The notes beneath the pieces are model-generated. The model was not told the DNA's origin, did no database searches, and saw only the letters and a list, made by a program, of their open reading frames with translations. A DNA stretch of 64,000 nucleotides from Eledone cirrhosa (Eukaryota), in the NCBI GenBank assembly GCA_964016885.1, contig OZ024744.1, positions 47,182,001 to 47,246,000 on the forward strand. The letters run 5' to 3'. Below are positions 40,401-53,900 of the stretch, in pieces. Positions within the stretch are counted from its first letter, which is position 1. Every line of letters starts with the position of its first letter. The translations under genes were made by a program, and so were the position numbers.

Positions 40401-42119
40401 CTTTACAGTGTGGGCTGGGTGCTTTTTGCTGTGTCTTTCACATGTCCACTTTACAATGTGGGCTGTGTGCTTTTTGCTGTGTCTTTCACATGTCCACTTT
40501 ACAATGTGGGCTGGGTTTTTTGCTGTGTCTTTCACATGTCCACTTTACAGTGTGGGCTGGGTGCTTTTTGCTGTGTCTTTCACATGTCCACTTCACAGTG
40601 TGGGCTGGGTGCTTTTTGCTGTGTCTTTCACATGTCCACTTTACAGTGTGGGCTGGGTGCTTTTTGCTGTGTCTTTCACATGTCCACTTTACAGTGTGGG
40701 CTGTGTGCTTTTTGCTGTGTCTTTCACATGTCCACTTTACAGTGTGGGCTGGGTGCTTTTTGCTGTGTCTTTCACATGTCCACTTTACAATGTGGGCTGG
40801 GTGCTTTTTGCTGTGTCTTTCACATGTCCACTTTACAATGTGGGCTGGGTGCTTTTTGCTGTGTCTTTCACATGTCCACTTTACAGTGTGGGCTGGGTGC
40901 TTTTTGCTGTGTCTTTCACATGTCCACTTCACAGTGTGGGCTGGGTACTTTTTGCTGTGTCTTTCACACGTCCACTTTACAGTTTGGGCTGGGTGCTTTT
41001 TGCTGTGTCTTTCACATGTCCACTTTACAGTGTGGGCTGGGTGCTTTTTGCTGTGTCTTTCACATGTCCACTTTACAGTGTGGGCTGGGTGCTTTTTGCT
41101 GTGTCTTTCACATGTCCACTTTACAGTGTGGGCTGGGTGCTTTTCGCTGTGTCTTTCACATGTCCACTTTACAATGTGGGCTGGGTGCTTTTTGCTGTGT
41201 CTTTCACATGTCCACTCTATAGTGTGGGCTGGGTGCTTTTTGCAGTGTCTTTCACACGTCCACTTTACAGTGTGGGCTGGGTGCTTATTGCTGTGTCTTT
41301 CACATGTCCACTTTACAATGTGGGCTGGGTGCTTTTTGCTGTGTCTTTCACATGTCCACTTTACAGTGTGGGGTGTGTGCTTCTTGCAGTGTCTTTCACA
41401 CGTCCACTTTACAGTGTGGGCTGGGTGCTTTTTGCTGTGTCTTTCACATGTCCACTTTACAGTGTGGGCTGGGTGCTTTTTGCTGTGTCTTTCACATATC
41501 CACTTTACAGTGTGGGCTGGGTGCTTTTTGCTGAGTCTTTCACACGTCCACTTTACAGTGTGGGCTGGGTGCTTTTTGCTGTGTCTTTCACACGTCCACT
41601 TTACAGTGTGGGCTGGGTGCTTTTTGCTGTGTCTTTCACATGTCCACTTTACAATGTGGGCTGGGTGCTTTTTGCTGTGTCTTTCACATGTCCACTTTAC
41701 AGTGTGGGCTGGATGCTTCTTGCAGTGTCTTTCACACGTCCACTTTACAGTGTGGGCTGGGTGCTTTTTGCTGTGTCTTTCACATGTCCACTTTATAGTG
41801 TGGGCTGGGTGCTTTTTGCAGTGTCTTTCACACGTCCACTTTACAGTGTGGGCTGGGTGCTTTTTGCTGTGTCTTTCACATGTCCACTTTACAATGTGGG
41901 CTGGGTGCTTTTTGCTGTGTCTTTCACATGTCCACTTTACAATGTGGGCTGTGTGCTTCTTGCAGTGTCTTTCACACGTCCACTTTACAGTGTGGGCTGG
42001 GTGCTTTTTGCTGTGTCTTTCACATGTCCACTTTACAGTGTGGGCTGGGTGCTTTTTGCTGTGTCTTTCACATGTCCACTTTACAGTGTGGGCTGGGTGC
42101 TTTTTGCTGTGTCTTTCAC

Positions 42120-45100
42120 ATGTCCATTTTACAATGTGAGCTGGGTGCTTTTTGCTGTGTCTTTCACATGTCCACTTTACAGTGTGGGCTGGGTGCTTGT
42201 TGCTGTGTCTTTCTCACGTCCACTTTACAGTGTGGGCTGGGTGCTTTTTGCTGTGTCTTTCACATGTCCACTTTACAGTGCGGGCTAGGTGCTTTTTTCA
42301 GTGTCTTTCACACGTCCACTTTACATTGTGGGCTGGGTGCTTGTTGCTGTGTCTTTCTCACGTCCACTTTACAGTGTGGGCTGGGTGCTTTTTGCTGTGT
42401 CTTTCACATGTCCACTTTACAGTGTGGGCTGGGTGCTTTTTTCAGTGTCTTTCACATGTCCACTTTACAGTGTGGGCTGGGCGCTTTTTGCTGTGTCTTT
42501 TCACATGTCCACTTTACAATGTGGGCTGGGTGCTTTTTGCTGTGTCTTTCACATGTCCACTTTACAGTGTGGGCTGGGTGCTTTTTGCTGTGTCTTTCAC
42601 ATGTCCACTTCACAGTGTGGGCTGGGTGCTTTTTGCTGTGTCTTTCACATGTCCACTTTACAGTGTGGGCTGGTTGCTTTTTGCTGTGTCTTTCACATGT
42701 CCACTTTACAGTGTGGGCTGTGTGCTTTTTGCTGTGTCTTTCACATGTCCACTTTACAGTGTGGGCTGGGTGCTTTTTGCTGTGTCTTTCACATGTCCAC
42801 TTTACAATGTGGGCTGGGTGCTTTTTGCTGTGTCTTTCACATGTCCACTTTACAATGTGGGCTGGGTGCTTTTTGCTGTGTCTTTCACATGTCCACTTTA
42901 CAGTGTGGGCTGGGTGCTTTTTGCTGTGTCTTTCACATGTCCACTTCACAGTGTGGACTGGGTACTTTTTGCTGTGTCTTTCACACGTCCACTTTACAGT
43001 TTGGGCTGGGTGCTTTTTGCTGTGTCTTTCACATGTCCACTTTACAGTGTGGGCTGGGTGCTTTTTGCTGTGTCTTTCACATGTCCACTTTACAGTGTGG
43101 GCTGGGTGCTTTTTGCTGTGTCTTTCACATGTCCACTTTACAGTGTGGGCTGGGTCCTTTTTGCTGTGTCCTTCACATGTCCACTTTACAATGTGGGCTG
43201 GGTGCTTTTTGCTGTGTCTTTCACATGTCCACTCTATAGTGTGGGCTGGGTGCTTTTTGCAGTGTCTTTCACACGTCCACTTTACAGTGTGGGCTGGGTG
43301 CTTATTGCTGTGTCTTTCACATGTCCACTTTACAATGTGGGCTGGGTACTTTTTGCTGTGTCTTTCACATGTCCACTTTACAGTGTGGGGTGTGTGATTC
43401 TTGCAGTGTCTTTCACACGTCCACTTTACAGTGTGGGCTGGGTGCTTTTTGCTGTGTCTTTCACATGTCCACTTTACAGTGTGGGCTGGGTGCTTTTTGC
43501 TGTGTCTTTCACATATCCACTTTACAGTGTGGGCTGGGTGCTTTTTGCTGAGTCTTTCACACGTCCACTTTACAGTGTGGGCTGGGTGCTTTTTGCTGTG
43601 TCTTTCACACGCCCACTTTACAGTGTGGGCTGGGTGCTTTTTGCTGTGTCTTTCACATGTCCACTTTACAATGTGGGCTGGGTGCTTTTTGCTGTGTCTT
43701 TCACATGTCCACTTTACAGTGTGGGCTGGATGCTTCTTGCAGTGTCTTTCACACGTCCACTTTACAGTGTGGGCTGGGTGCTTTTTGCTGTGTCTTTCAC
43801 ATGTCCACTTTATAGTGTGGGCTGGGTGTTTTTTGCAGTGTCTTTCACACGTCCATTTACAGTGTGGGCTGGGTGCTTTTTGCTGTGTCTTTCATATGTC
43901 CACTTTACAATGTGGGCCGGGTGCTTTTTGCTGTGTCTTTCACATGTCCACTTTACAATGTGGGCTGTGTGCTTCTTGCAGTGTCTTTCACACGTCCACT
44001 TTACAGTGTGGGCTGGGTGCTTTTTGCTGTGTCTTTCACATGTCCACTTTACAGTGTGGGCTGGGTGCTTTTTGCTGTGTCTTTCACATGTCCACTTTAC
44101 AGTGTGGGCTGGGTGCTTTTTGCTGTGTCTTTCACATGTCCATTTTACAATGTGAGCTGGGTGCTTTTTGCTGTGTCTTTCACATGTCCACTTTACAGTG
44201 TGGGCTGGGTGCTTGTTGCTGTGTCTTTCTCACGTCCACTTTACAGTGTGGGCTGGGTGCTTTTTGCTGTGTCTTTCACATGTCCACTTTACAGTGCGGG
44301 CTAGGTGCTTTTTTCAGTGTCTTTCACACGTCCACTTTACATTGTGGGCTGGGTGCTTGTTGCTGTGTCTTTCTCACGTCCACTTTACAGTGTGGGCTGG
44401 GTGCTTTTTGTTGTGTCTTTCACATGTCCACTTTACAGTGTGGGCTGGGTGCTTTTTTCAGTGTCTTTCACATGTCCACTTTACAGTGTGGGCTGGGCGC
44501 TTTTTGCAGTGTCTTTCAAACGTCAACTTTACAGTGTGGGCTGGGTGCTTTTTACTGTGTCTTTCACACGTCCACTTTACAGTGTGGGCTGGGTGCTTTT
44601 TGCTGTGTCTTTCACACGTCCACTTTACAGTGTGGGCTGGGTGCTTTTTGCTGTGTCTTTCACATGTCCACTTTACAATGTGGGCTGGGTGCTTTTTGCT
44701 GTGTCTTTCACATGTCCACTTTACAGTGTGGGCTGGGTGCTTTTTGCTGTGTCTTTCACATGTCCATTTTACAATGTGAGCTGTGTGCTTTTTGCTGTGT
44801 CTTTCACATGTCCACTTTACAGTGTGGGCTGGGTGCTTGTTGCTGTGTCTTTCTCACGTCCACTTTACAGTGTGGGCTGGGTGCTTTTTGCTGTGTCTTT
44901 CACATGTCCACTTTACAGTGCGGGCTAGGTGCTTTTTTCAGTGTCTTTCACACGTCCACTTTACATTGTGGGCTGGGTGCTTGTTGCTGTGTCTTTCTCA
45001 CGTCCACTTTACAGTGTGGGCTGGGTGCTTTTTGCTGTGTCTTTCACATGTCCACTTTACAGTGTGGGCTGGGTGCTTTTTTCAGTGTCTTTCACATGTC

Positions 45101-47990
45101 CACTTTACAGTGTGGGCTGGGCGCTTTTTGCTGTGTCTTTTCACATGTCCACTTTACAATGTGGGCTGGGTGCTTTTTGCTGTGTCTTTCACATGTCCAC
45201 TTTACAGTGTGGGCTGGGTGCTTTTTGCTGTGTCTTTCACATGTCCACTTCACAGTGTGGGCTGGGTGCTTTTTGCTGTGTCTTTCACATGTCCACTTTA
45301 CAGTGTGGGCTGGTTGCTTTTTGCTGTGTCTTTCACATGTCCACTTTACAGTGTGGGCTGTGTGCTTTTTGCTGTGTCTTTCACATGTCCACTTTACAGT
45401 GTGGGCTGGGTGCTTTTTGCTGTGTCTTTCACATGTCCACTTTACAATGTGGGCTGGGTGCTTTTTGCTGTGTCTTTCACATGTCCACTTTACAATGTGG
45501 GCTGGGTGCTTTTTGCTGTGTCTTTCACATGTCCACTTTACAGTGTGGGCTGGGTGCTTTTTGCTGTGTCTTTCACATGTCCACTTCACAGTGTGGACTG
45601 GGTACTTTTTGCTGTGTCTTTCACACGTCCACTTTACATTGTGGGCTGGGTGCTTGTTGCTGTGTCTTTCTCACGTCCACTTTACAGTGTGGGCTGGGTG
45701 CTTTTTGCTGTGTCTTTCACATGTCCACTTTACAGTGTGGGCTGGGTGCTTTTTTCAGTGTCTTTCACATGTCCACTTTACAGTGTGGGCTGGGCGCTTT
45801 TTGCTGTGTCTTTTCACATGTCCACTTTACAATGTGGGCTGGGTGCTTTTTGCTGTGTCTTTCACATGTCCACTTTACAGTGTGGGCTGGGTGCTTTTTG
45901 CTGTGTCTTTCACATGTCCACTTCACAGTGTGGGCTGGGTGCTTTTTGCTGTGTCTTTCACATGTCCACTTTACAGTGTGGGCTGGTTGCTTTTTGCTGT
46001 GTCTTTCACATGTCCACTTTACAGTGTGGGCTGTGTGCTTTTTGCTGTGTCTTTCACATGTCCACTTTACAGTGTGGGCTGGGTGCTTTTTGCTGTGTCT
46101 TTCACATGTCCACTTTACAATGTGGGCTGGGTGCTTTTTGCTGTGTCTTTCACATGTCCACTTTACAATGTGGGCTGGGTGCTTTTTGCTGTGTCTTTCA
46201 CATGTCCACTTTACAGTGTGGGCTGGGTGCTTTTTGCTGTGTCTTTCACATGTCCACTTCACAGTGTGGACTGGGTACTTTTTGCTGTGTCTTTCACACG
46301 TCCACTTTACAGTTTGGGCTGGGTGCTTTTTGCTGTGTCTTTCACATGTCCACTTTACAGTGTGGGCTGGGTGCTTTTTGCTGTGTCTTTCACATGTCCA
46401 CTTTACAGTGTGGGCTGGGTGCTTTTTGCTGTGTCTTTCACATGTCCACTTTACAGTGTGGGCTGGGTCCTTTTTGCTGTGTCTTTCACATGTCCACTTT
46501 ACAATGTGGGCTGGGTGCTTTTTGCTGTGTCTTTCACATGTCCACTCTATAGTGTGGGCTGGGTGCTTTTTGCAGTGTCTTTCACACGTCCACTTTACAG
46601 TGTGGGCTGGGTGCTTATTGCTGTGTCTTTCACATGTCCACTTTACAATGTGGGCTGGGTGCTTTTTGCTGTGTCTTTCACATGTCCACTTTACAGTGTG
46701 GGGTGTGTGATTCTTGCAGTGTCTTTCACACGTCCACTTTACAGTGTGGGCTGGGTGCTTTTTGCTGTGTCTTTCACATGTCCACTTTACAGTGTGGGCT
46801 GGGTGCTTTTTGCTGTGTCTTTCACATATCCACTTTACAGTGTGGGCTGGGTGCTTTTTGCTGAGTCTTTCACACGTCCACTTTACAGTGTGGGCTGGGT
46901 GCTTTTTGCTGTGTCTTTCACACGTCCACTTTACAGTGTGGGCTGGGTGCTTTTTGCTGTGTCTTTCACATGTCCACTTTACAATGTGGGCTGGGTGCTT
47001 TTTGCTGTGTCTTTCACATGTCCACTTTACAGTGTGGGCTGGATGCTTCTTGCAGTGTCTTTCACACGTCCACTTTACAGTGTGGGCTGGGTGCTTTTTG
47101 CTGTGTCTTTCACATGTCCACTTTATAGTGTGGGCTGGGTGCTTTTTGCAGTGTCTTTCACACGTCCACTTTACAGTGTGGGCTGGGTGCTTTTTGCTGT
47201 GTCTTTCATATGTCCACTTTACAATGTGGGCCGGGTGCTTTTTGCTGTGTCTTTCACATGTCCACTTTACAATGTGGGCTGTGTGCTTCTTGCAGTGTCT
47301 TTCACACGTCCACTTTACAGTGTGGGCTGGGTGCTTTTTGCTGTGTCTTTCACATGTCCACTTTACAGTGTGGGCTGGGTGCTTTTTGCTGTGTCTTTCA
47401 CATGTCCACTTTACAGTGTGGGCTGGGTGCTTTTTGCTGTGTCTTTCACATGTCCATTTTACAATGTGAGCTGGGTGCTTTTTGCTGTGTCTTTCACATG
47501 TCCACTTTACAGTGTGGGCTGGGTGCTTGTTGCTGTGTCTTTCTCACGTCCACTTTACAGTGTGTGCTGGGTGCTTTTTGCTGTGTCTTTCACATGTCCA
47601 CTTTACAGTGCGGGCTAGGTGCTTTTTTCAGTGTCTTTCACACGTCCACTTTACATTGTGGGCTGGGTGCTTGTTGCTGTGTCTTTCTCACGTCCACTTT
47701 ACAGTGTGGGCTGGGTGCTTTTTGTTGTGTCTTTCACATGTCCACTTTACAGTGTGGGCTGGGTGCTTTTTTCAGTGTCTTTCACATGTCCACTTTACAG
47801 TGTGGGCTGGGCGCTTTTTGCAGTGTCTTTCAAACGTCAACTTTACAGTGTGGGCTGGGTGCTTTTTACTGTGTCTTTCACACGTCCACTTTACAGTGTG
47901 GGCTGGGTGCTTTTTGCTGTGTCTTTCACACGTCCACTTTACAGTGTGCGCTGGGTGCTTTTTGCTGTGTCTTTCACATGTCCACTTTAC
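42120..47990 (+). repeat. ~2.64-kb (55-monomer) duplication whose second copy contains a nested 673-bp tandem duplication (~44960-46305)
   Basis: The same +1 T insertion (gtcttttcac) occurs at ~42500, ~45140 and ~45813, each followed by ggctggttgc and gtggactgggtac. Identical - strand ORFs lie at 42452, 45092 and 45765. Downstream offset is 3313 (43321/46634). Confidence 0.9.
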
Positions 47991-50900
47991 AATGTGGGCT
48001 GGGTGCTTTTTGCTGTGTCTTTCACATGTCCACTTTACAGTGTGGGCTGGATGCTTCTTGCAGTGTCTTTCACACGTCCACTTTACAGTGTGGGCTGGGT
48101 GCTTTTTGCTGTGTCTTTCACATGTCCACTTTATAGTGTGGGCTGGGTGCTTTTTGCAGTGTCTTTCACACGTCCACTTTACAGTGTGGGCTGGGTGCTT
48201 TTTGCTGTGTCTTTCACATGTCCACTTTACAATGTGGGCTGGGTGCTTTTTGCTGTGTCTTTCACATGTCCACTTTACAATGTGGGCTGTGTGCTTCTTG
48301 CAGTGTCTTTCACACGTCCACTTTACAGTGTGGGCTGGGTGCTTTTTGCTGTGTCTTTCACATGTCCACTTTACAGTGTGGGCTGGGTGCTTTTTGCTGT
48401 GTCTTTCACATGTCCACTTTACAGTGTGGGCTGGGTGCTTTTTGCTGTGTCTTTCACATGTCCATTTTACAATGTGAGCTGGGTGCTTTTTGCTGTGTCT
48501 TTCACATGTCCACTTTACAGTGTGGGCTGGGTGCTTGTTGCTGTGTCTTTCTCACGTCCACTTTACAGTGTGGGCTGGGTGCTTTTTGCTGTGTCTTTCA
48601 CATGTCCACTTTACAGTGCGGGCTAGGTGCTTTTTTCAGTGTCTTTCACACGTCCACTTTACATTGTGGGCTGGGTGCTTGTTGCTGTGTCTTTCTCACG
48701 TCCACTTTACAGTGTGGGCTGGGTGCTTTTTGCTGTGTCTTTCACATGTCCACTTTACAGTGTGGGCTGGGTGCTTTTTTCAGTGTCTTTCACATGTCCA
48801 CTTTACAGTGTGGGCTGGGCGCTTTTTGCAGTGTCTTTCAAACGTCAACTTTACAGTGTGGGCTGGGTGCTTTTTACTGTGTCTTTCACATGTCCACTTT
48901 ACAGTGTGGGCTGTGTGCTTGTTGCTGTGTATTTCTCACGTCCACTTTACAGTGTGGGCTGGGTGCTTTTTGCTGTGTCTTTCACATGTCCACTTTACAG
49001 TGTGGGCTGGGTGCTTTTTTCAGTGTCTTTCACACGTCCACTTTACAGTGTGGGCTGGGTGCTTTTTGTTGTGTCTTTCTCACGTCCACTTTACAGTGTG
49101 GGCTGGGTGCTTTTTGCTGTGTCTTTCACATGTCCACCTTACAGTGTGGGCTGGGTGCTTTTTGCTGTGTCTTTCACATGTCCACTTTACAGTGTGGGCT
49201 GGGTGCTTTTTGCTGTGTCTTTCACATGTCCACTTCACAGTGTGGGCTGGGTGCTTTTTGCTGTGTCTTTCACATGTCCACTTTACAGTGTGGGCTGGGT
49301 GCTTTTTGCTGTGTCTTTCACATGTCCACTTTACAGTGTGGGCTGGGTGCTTTTTGCTGTGTCTTTCACATGTCCACTTTACAGTGTGGGCTGGGTGCTT
49401 TTTGCTGTGTCTTTCACATGTCCACTTTACAATGTGGGCTGGGTGCTTTTTGCTGTGTCTTTCACATGTCCACTTTACAATGTGGGCTGGGTGCTTTTTG
49501 CTGTGTCTTTCACATGTCCACTTTACAGTGTGGGCTGGGTGCTTTTTGCTGTGTCTTTCACATGTCCACTTTACAGTGTGGGCTGGGTGCTTTTTGCTGT
49601 GTCTTTCACATGTCCACTTTACAGTGTGGGCTGGGTGCTTTTTGCAGTGTCTTTCACACGTCCACTTTACAGTGTGGGCTGGGTGCTTTTTGCTGTGTCT
49701 TTCACATGTCCACTTTACAGTGTGGGCTGTGTGCTTTTTGCAGTGTCTTTCACACGTCAACTTTACAGTGTGGGCTGGGTGCTTTTTGCTGTGTCTTTCA
49801 CATGTCCACTTTACAGTGTGGGCTGTGTGCTTTTTGCAGTGTCTTTCACACGTCAACTTTACAGTGTGGGCTGGGTGCTTTTTGCTGTGTCTTTCACATG
49901 TCTATTTCACAATGTGGGTTGGGTGCTTTTTGCTGTATCTTTCAAATGTCCACTTTACAATGTGGGCTGGGTGCTTTTTGCTGTGTCTTTCACGTGTCCA
50001 CTTTACAGTGTGGGCTGGATGCTTCTTGCAGTGTCTTTCACACGTCCACTTTACAGTGTGGGCTGGGTGCTTTTTGCTGTGTCTTTCACATGTCCACTTT
50101 ATAGTGTGGGCTGGGTGCTTTTTGCAGTGTCTTTCACACGTCCACTTTACAGTGTGGGCTGGGTGCTTTTTGCTGTGTCTTTCACATGTCCACTTTACAA
50201 TGTGGGCTGGGTGCTTTTTACTGTGTCTTTCAAATGTCCACTTTACAATGTGGGCTGTGTGCTTCTTGCAGTGTCTTTCACACGTCCACTTTACAGTGTG
50301 GGCTGGGTGCTTTTTGCTGTGTCTTTCACATGTCCACTTTACAGTGTGGGCTGGGTGCTTTTTGCTGTGTCTTTCACATGTCCACTTTACAGTGTGGGCT
50401 GGGTGCTTTTTTGCTGTTTCTTTCACATGTCCATTTTACAATGTGAGCTGGGTGCTTTTTGCTGTGTCTTTCACATGTCCACTTTACAGTGTGGGCTGGG
50501 TGCTTGTTGCTGTGTCTTTCTCACGTCCACTTTACAGTGTGGGCTGGGTGCTTTTTGCTGTGTCTTTCACATGTCCACTTTACAGTGCGGGCTAGGTGCT
50601 TTTTTCAGTGTCTTTCACACGTCCACTTTACATTGTGGGCTGGGTGCTTGTTGCTGTGTCTTTCACACGTCCACTTTACAGTGTGGGCTGGGTGCTTTTT
50701 GCTGTGTCTTTCACATGTCCACTTTACAATGTGGGCTGGGTGCTTTTTGCTGTGTCTTTCACATGTCCACTTTACAGTGTGGGCTGGATGCTTCTTGCAG
50801 TGTCTTTCACACGTCCACTTTACAGTGTGGGCTGGGTGCTTTTTGCTGTGTCTTTCACATGTCCACTTTATAGTGTGGGCTGGGTGCTTTTTGCAGTGTC

Positions 50901-53900
50901 TTTCACACGTCCACTTTACAGTGTGGGCTGGGTGCTTTTTGCTGTGTCTTTCACATGTCCACTTTACAATGTGGGCTGGGTGCTTTTTGCTGTGTCTTTC
51001 ACATGTCCACTTTACAATGTGGGCTGTGTGCTTCTTGCAGTGTCTTTCACACGTCCACTTTACAGTGTGGGCTGGGTGCTTTTTGCTGTGTCTTTCACAT
51101 GTCCACTTTACAGTGTGGGCTGGGTGCTTTTTGCTGTGTCTTTCACATGTCCACTTTACAGTGTGGGCTGGGTGCTTTTTGCTGTGTCTTTCACATGTCC
51201 ATTTTACAATGTGAGCTGGGTGCTTTTTGCTGTGTCTTTCACATGTCCACTTTACAGTGTGGGCTGGGTGCTTGTTGCTGTGTCTTTCTCACGTCCACTT
51301 TACAGTGTGGGCTGGGTGCTTTTTGCTGTGTCTTTCACATGTCCACTTTACATTGTGGGCTGGGTGCTTGTTGCTGTGTCTTTCTCACGTCCACTTTACA
51401 GTGTGGGCTGGGTGCTTTTTGCTGTGTCTTTCACATGTCCACTTTACAGTGTGGGCTGGGTGCTTTTTTCAGTGTCTTTCACATGTCCACTTTACAGTGT
51501 GGGCTGGGCGCTTTTTGCAGTGTCTTTCAAACGTCAACTTTACAGTGTGGGCTGGGTGCTTTTTACTGTGTCTTTCACATGTCCACTTTACAGTGTGGGC
51601 TGTGTGCTTGTTGCTGTGTATTTCTCACGTCCACTTTACAGTGTGGGCTGGGTGATTTTTGCTGTGTCTTTCACATGTCCACTTTACAGTGTGGGCTGGG
51701 TGCTTTTTTCAGTGTCTTTCACACGTCCACTTTACAGTGTGGGCTGGGTGCTTTTTGTTGTGTCTTTCTCACGTCCACTTTACAGTGTGGGCTGGGTGCT
51801 TTTTGCTGTGTCTTTCACATGTCCACTTTACAGTGTGGGCTGGGTGCTTTTTGCTGTGTCTTTCACATGTCCACTTTACAGTGTGGGCTGGGTGCTTTTT
51901 GCTGTGTCTTTCACATGTCCACTTCACAGTGTGGGCTGGGTGCTTTTTGCTGTGTCTTTCACATGTCCACTTTACAGTGTGGGCTGGGTGCTTTTTGCTG
52001 TGTCTTTCACATGTCCACTTTACAGTGTGGGCTGGGTCCTTTTTGCTGTGTCTTTCACATGTCCACTTTACAGTGTGGGCTGGGTGCTTTTTGCTGTGTC
52101 TTTCACATGTCCACTTTACAATGTGGGCTGGGTGCTTTTTGCTGTGTCTTTCACATGTCCACTTTACAATGTGGGCTGGGTGCTTTTTGCTGTGTCTTTC
52201 ACATGTCCACTTTACAGTGTGGGCTGGGTGCTTTTTGCTGTGTCTTTCACATGTCCACTTTACAGTGTGGGCTGGGTGCTTTTTGCTGTGTCTTTCACAT
52301 GTCCACTTTACAGTGTGGGCTGGGTGCTTTTTGCAGTGTCTTTCACACGTCCACTTTACAGTGTGGGCTGGGTGCTTTTTGCAGTGTCTTTCACACGTCA
52401 ACTTTACAGTGTGGGCTGGGTGCTTTTTGCTGTGTCTTTCACATGTCCACTTTACAGTGTTGGCTGTGTGCTTTTTGCAGTGTCTTTCACACGTCAACTT
52501 TACAGTGTGGGCTGGGTGCTTTTTGCTGTGTCTTTCACATGTCTATTTCACAATGTGGGCTGGGTGCTTTTTGCTGTATCTTTCAAATGTCCACTTTACA
52601 ATGTGGGCTGGGTGCTTTTTGCTGTGTCTTTCACGTGTCCACTTTACAGTGTGGGCTGGATGCTTCTTGCAGTGTCTTTCACACGTCCACTTTACAGTGT
52701 GGGCTGGGTGCTTTTTGCTGTGTCTTTCACATGTCCACTTTATAGTGTGGGCTGGGTGCTTTTTGCAGTGTCTTTCACACGTCCACTTTACAGTGTGGGC
52801 TGGGTGCTTTTTGCTGTGTCTTTCACATGTCCACTTTACAATGTGGGCTGGGTGCTTTTTACTGTGTCTTTCAAATGTCCACTTTACAATGTAGGCTGTG
52901 TGCTTCTTGCAGTGTCTTTCACACGTCCACTTTACAGTGTGGGCTGGGTGCTTTTTGCTGTGTCTTTCACATGTCCACTTTACAGTGTGGGCTGGGTGCT
53001 TTTTGCTGTGTCTTTCACATGTCCACTTTACAGTGTGGGCTGGGTGCTTTTTGCTGTTTCTTTCACATGTCCATTTTACAATGTGAGCTGGATGCTTTTT
53101 GCTCTGTCTTTCACATGTCCACTTTACAGTGTGGGCTGGGTGCTTGTTGCTGTGTCTTTCTCACGTCCACTTTACAGTGTGGGCTGGGTGCTTTTTGCTG
53201 TGTCTTTCACATGTCCACTTTACAGTGCGGGCTAGGTGCTTTTTTCAGTGTCTTTCACACGTCCACTTTACATTGTGGGCTGGGTGCTTGTTGCTGTGTC
53301 TTTCTCACGTCCACTTTACAGTGTGAGCTGGGTGCTTTTTGCTGTGTCTTTCACATGTCCACTTTACAGTGTGGGCTGGGTGCTTTTTTCAGTGTCTTTC
53401 ACATGTCCACTTTACAGTGTGGGCTGGGCGCTTTTTGCAGTGTCTTTCAAACGTCAACTTTACAGTGTGGGCTGGGTGCTTTTTACTGTGTCTTTCACAT
53501 GTCCACTTTACAGTGTGGGCTGTGTGCTTGTTGCTGTGTCTTTCTCACGTCCACTTTACAGTGTGGGCTGGGTGCTTTTTGCTGTGTCTTTCACATGTCC
53601 ACTTTACAGTGTGGGCTGTGTGCTTTTTTCAGTGTCTTTCACACGTCCACTTTACAGTGTGGGCTGGGTGCTTTTTGTTGTGTCTTTCTCACGTCCACTT
53701 TACAGTGTGGGCTGGGTGCTTTTTGCTGTGTCTTTCACATGTCCACTTTACAGTGTGGGCTGGGTGCTTTTTGCTGTGTCTTTCACATGTCCACTTTACA
53801 GTGTGGGCTGGGTGCTTTTTGCTGTGTCTTTCACATGTCCACTTCACAGTGTGGGCTGGGTGCTTTTTGCTGTGTCTTTCACATGTCCACTTTACAGTGT

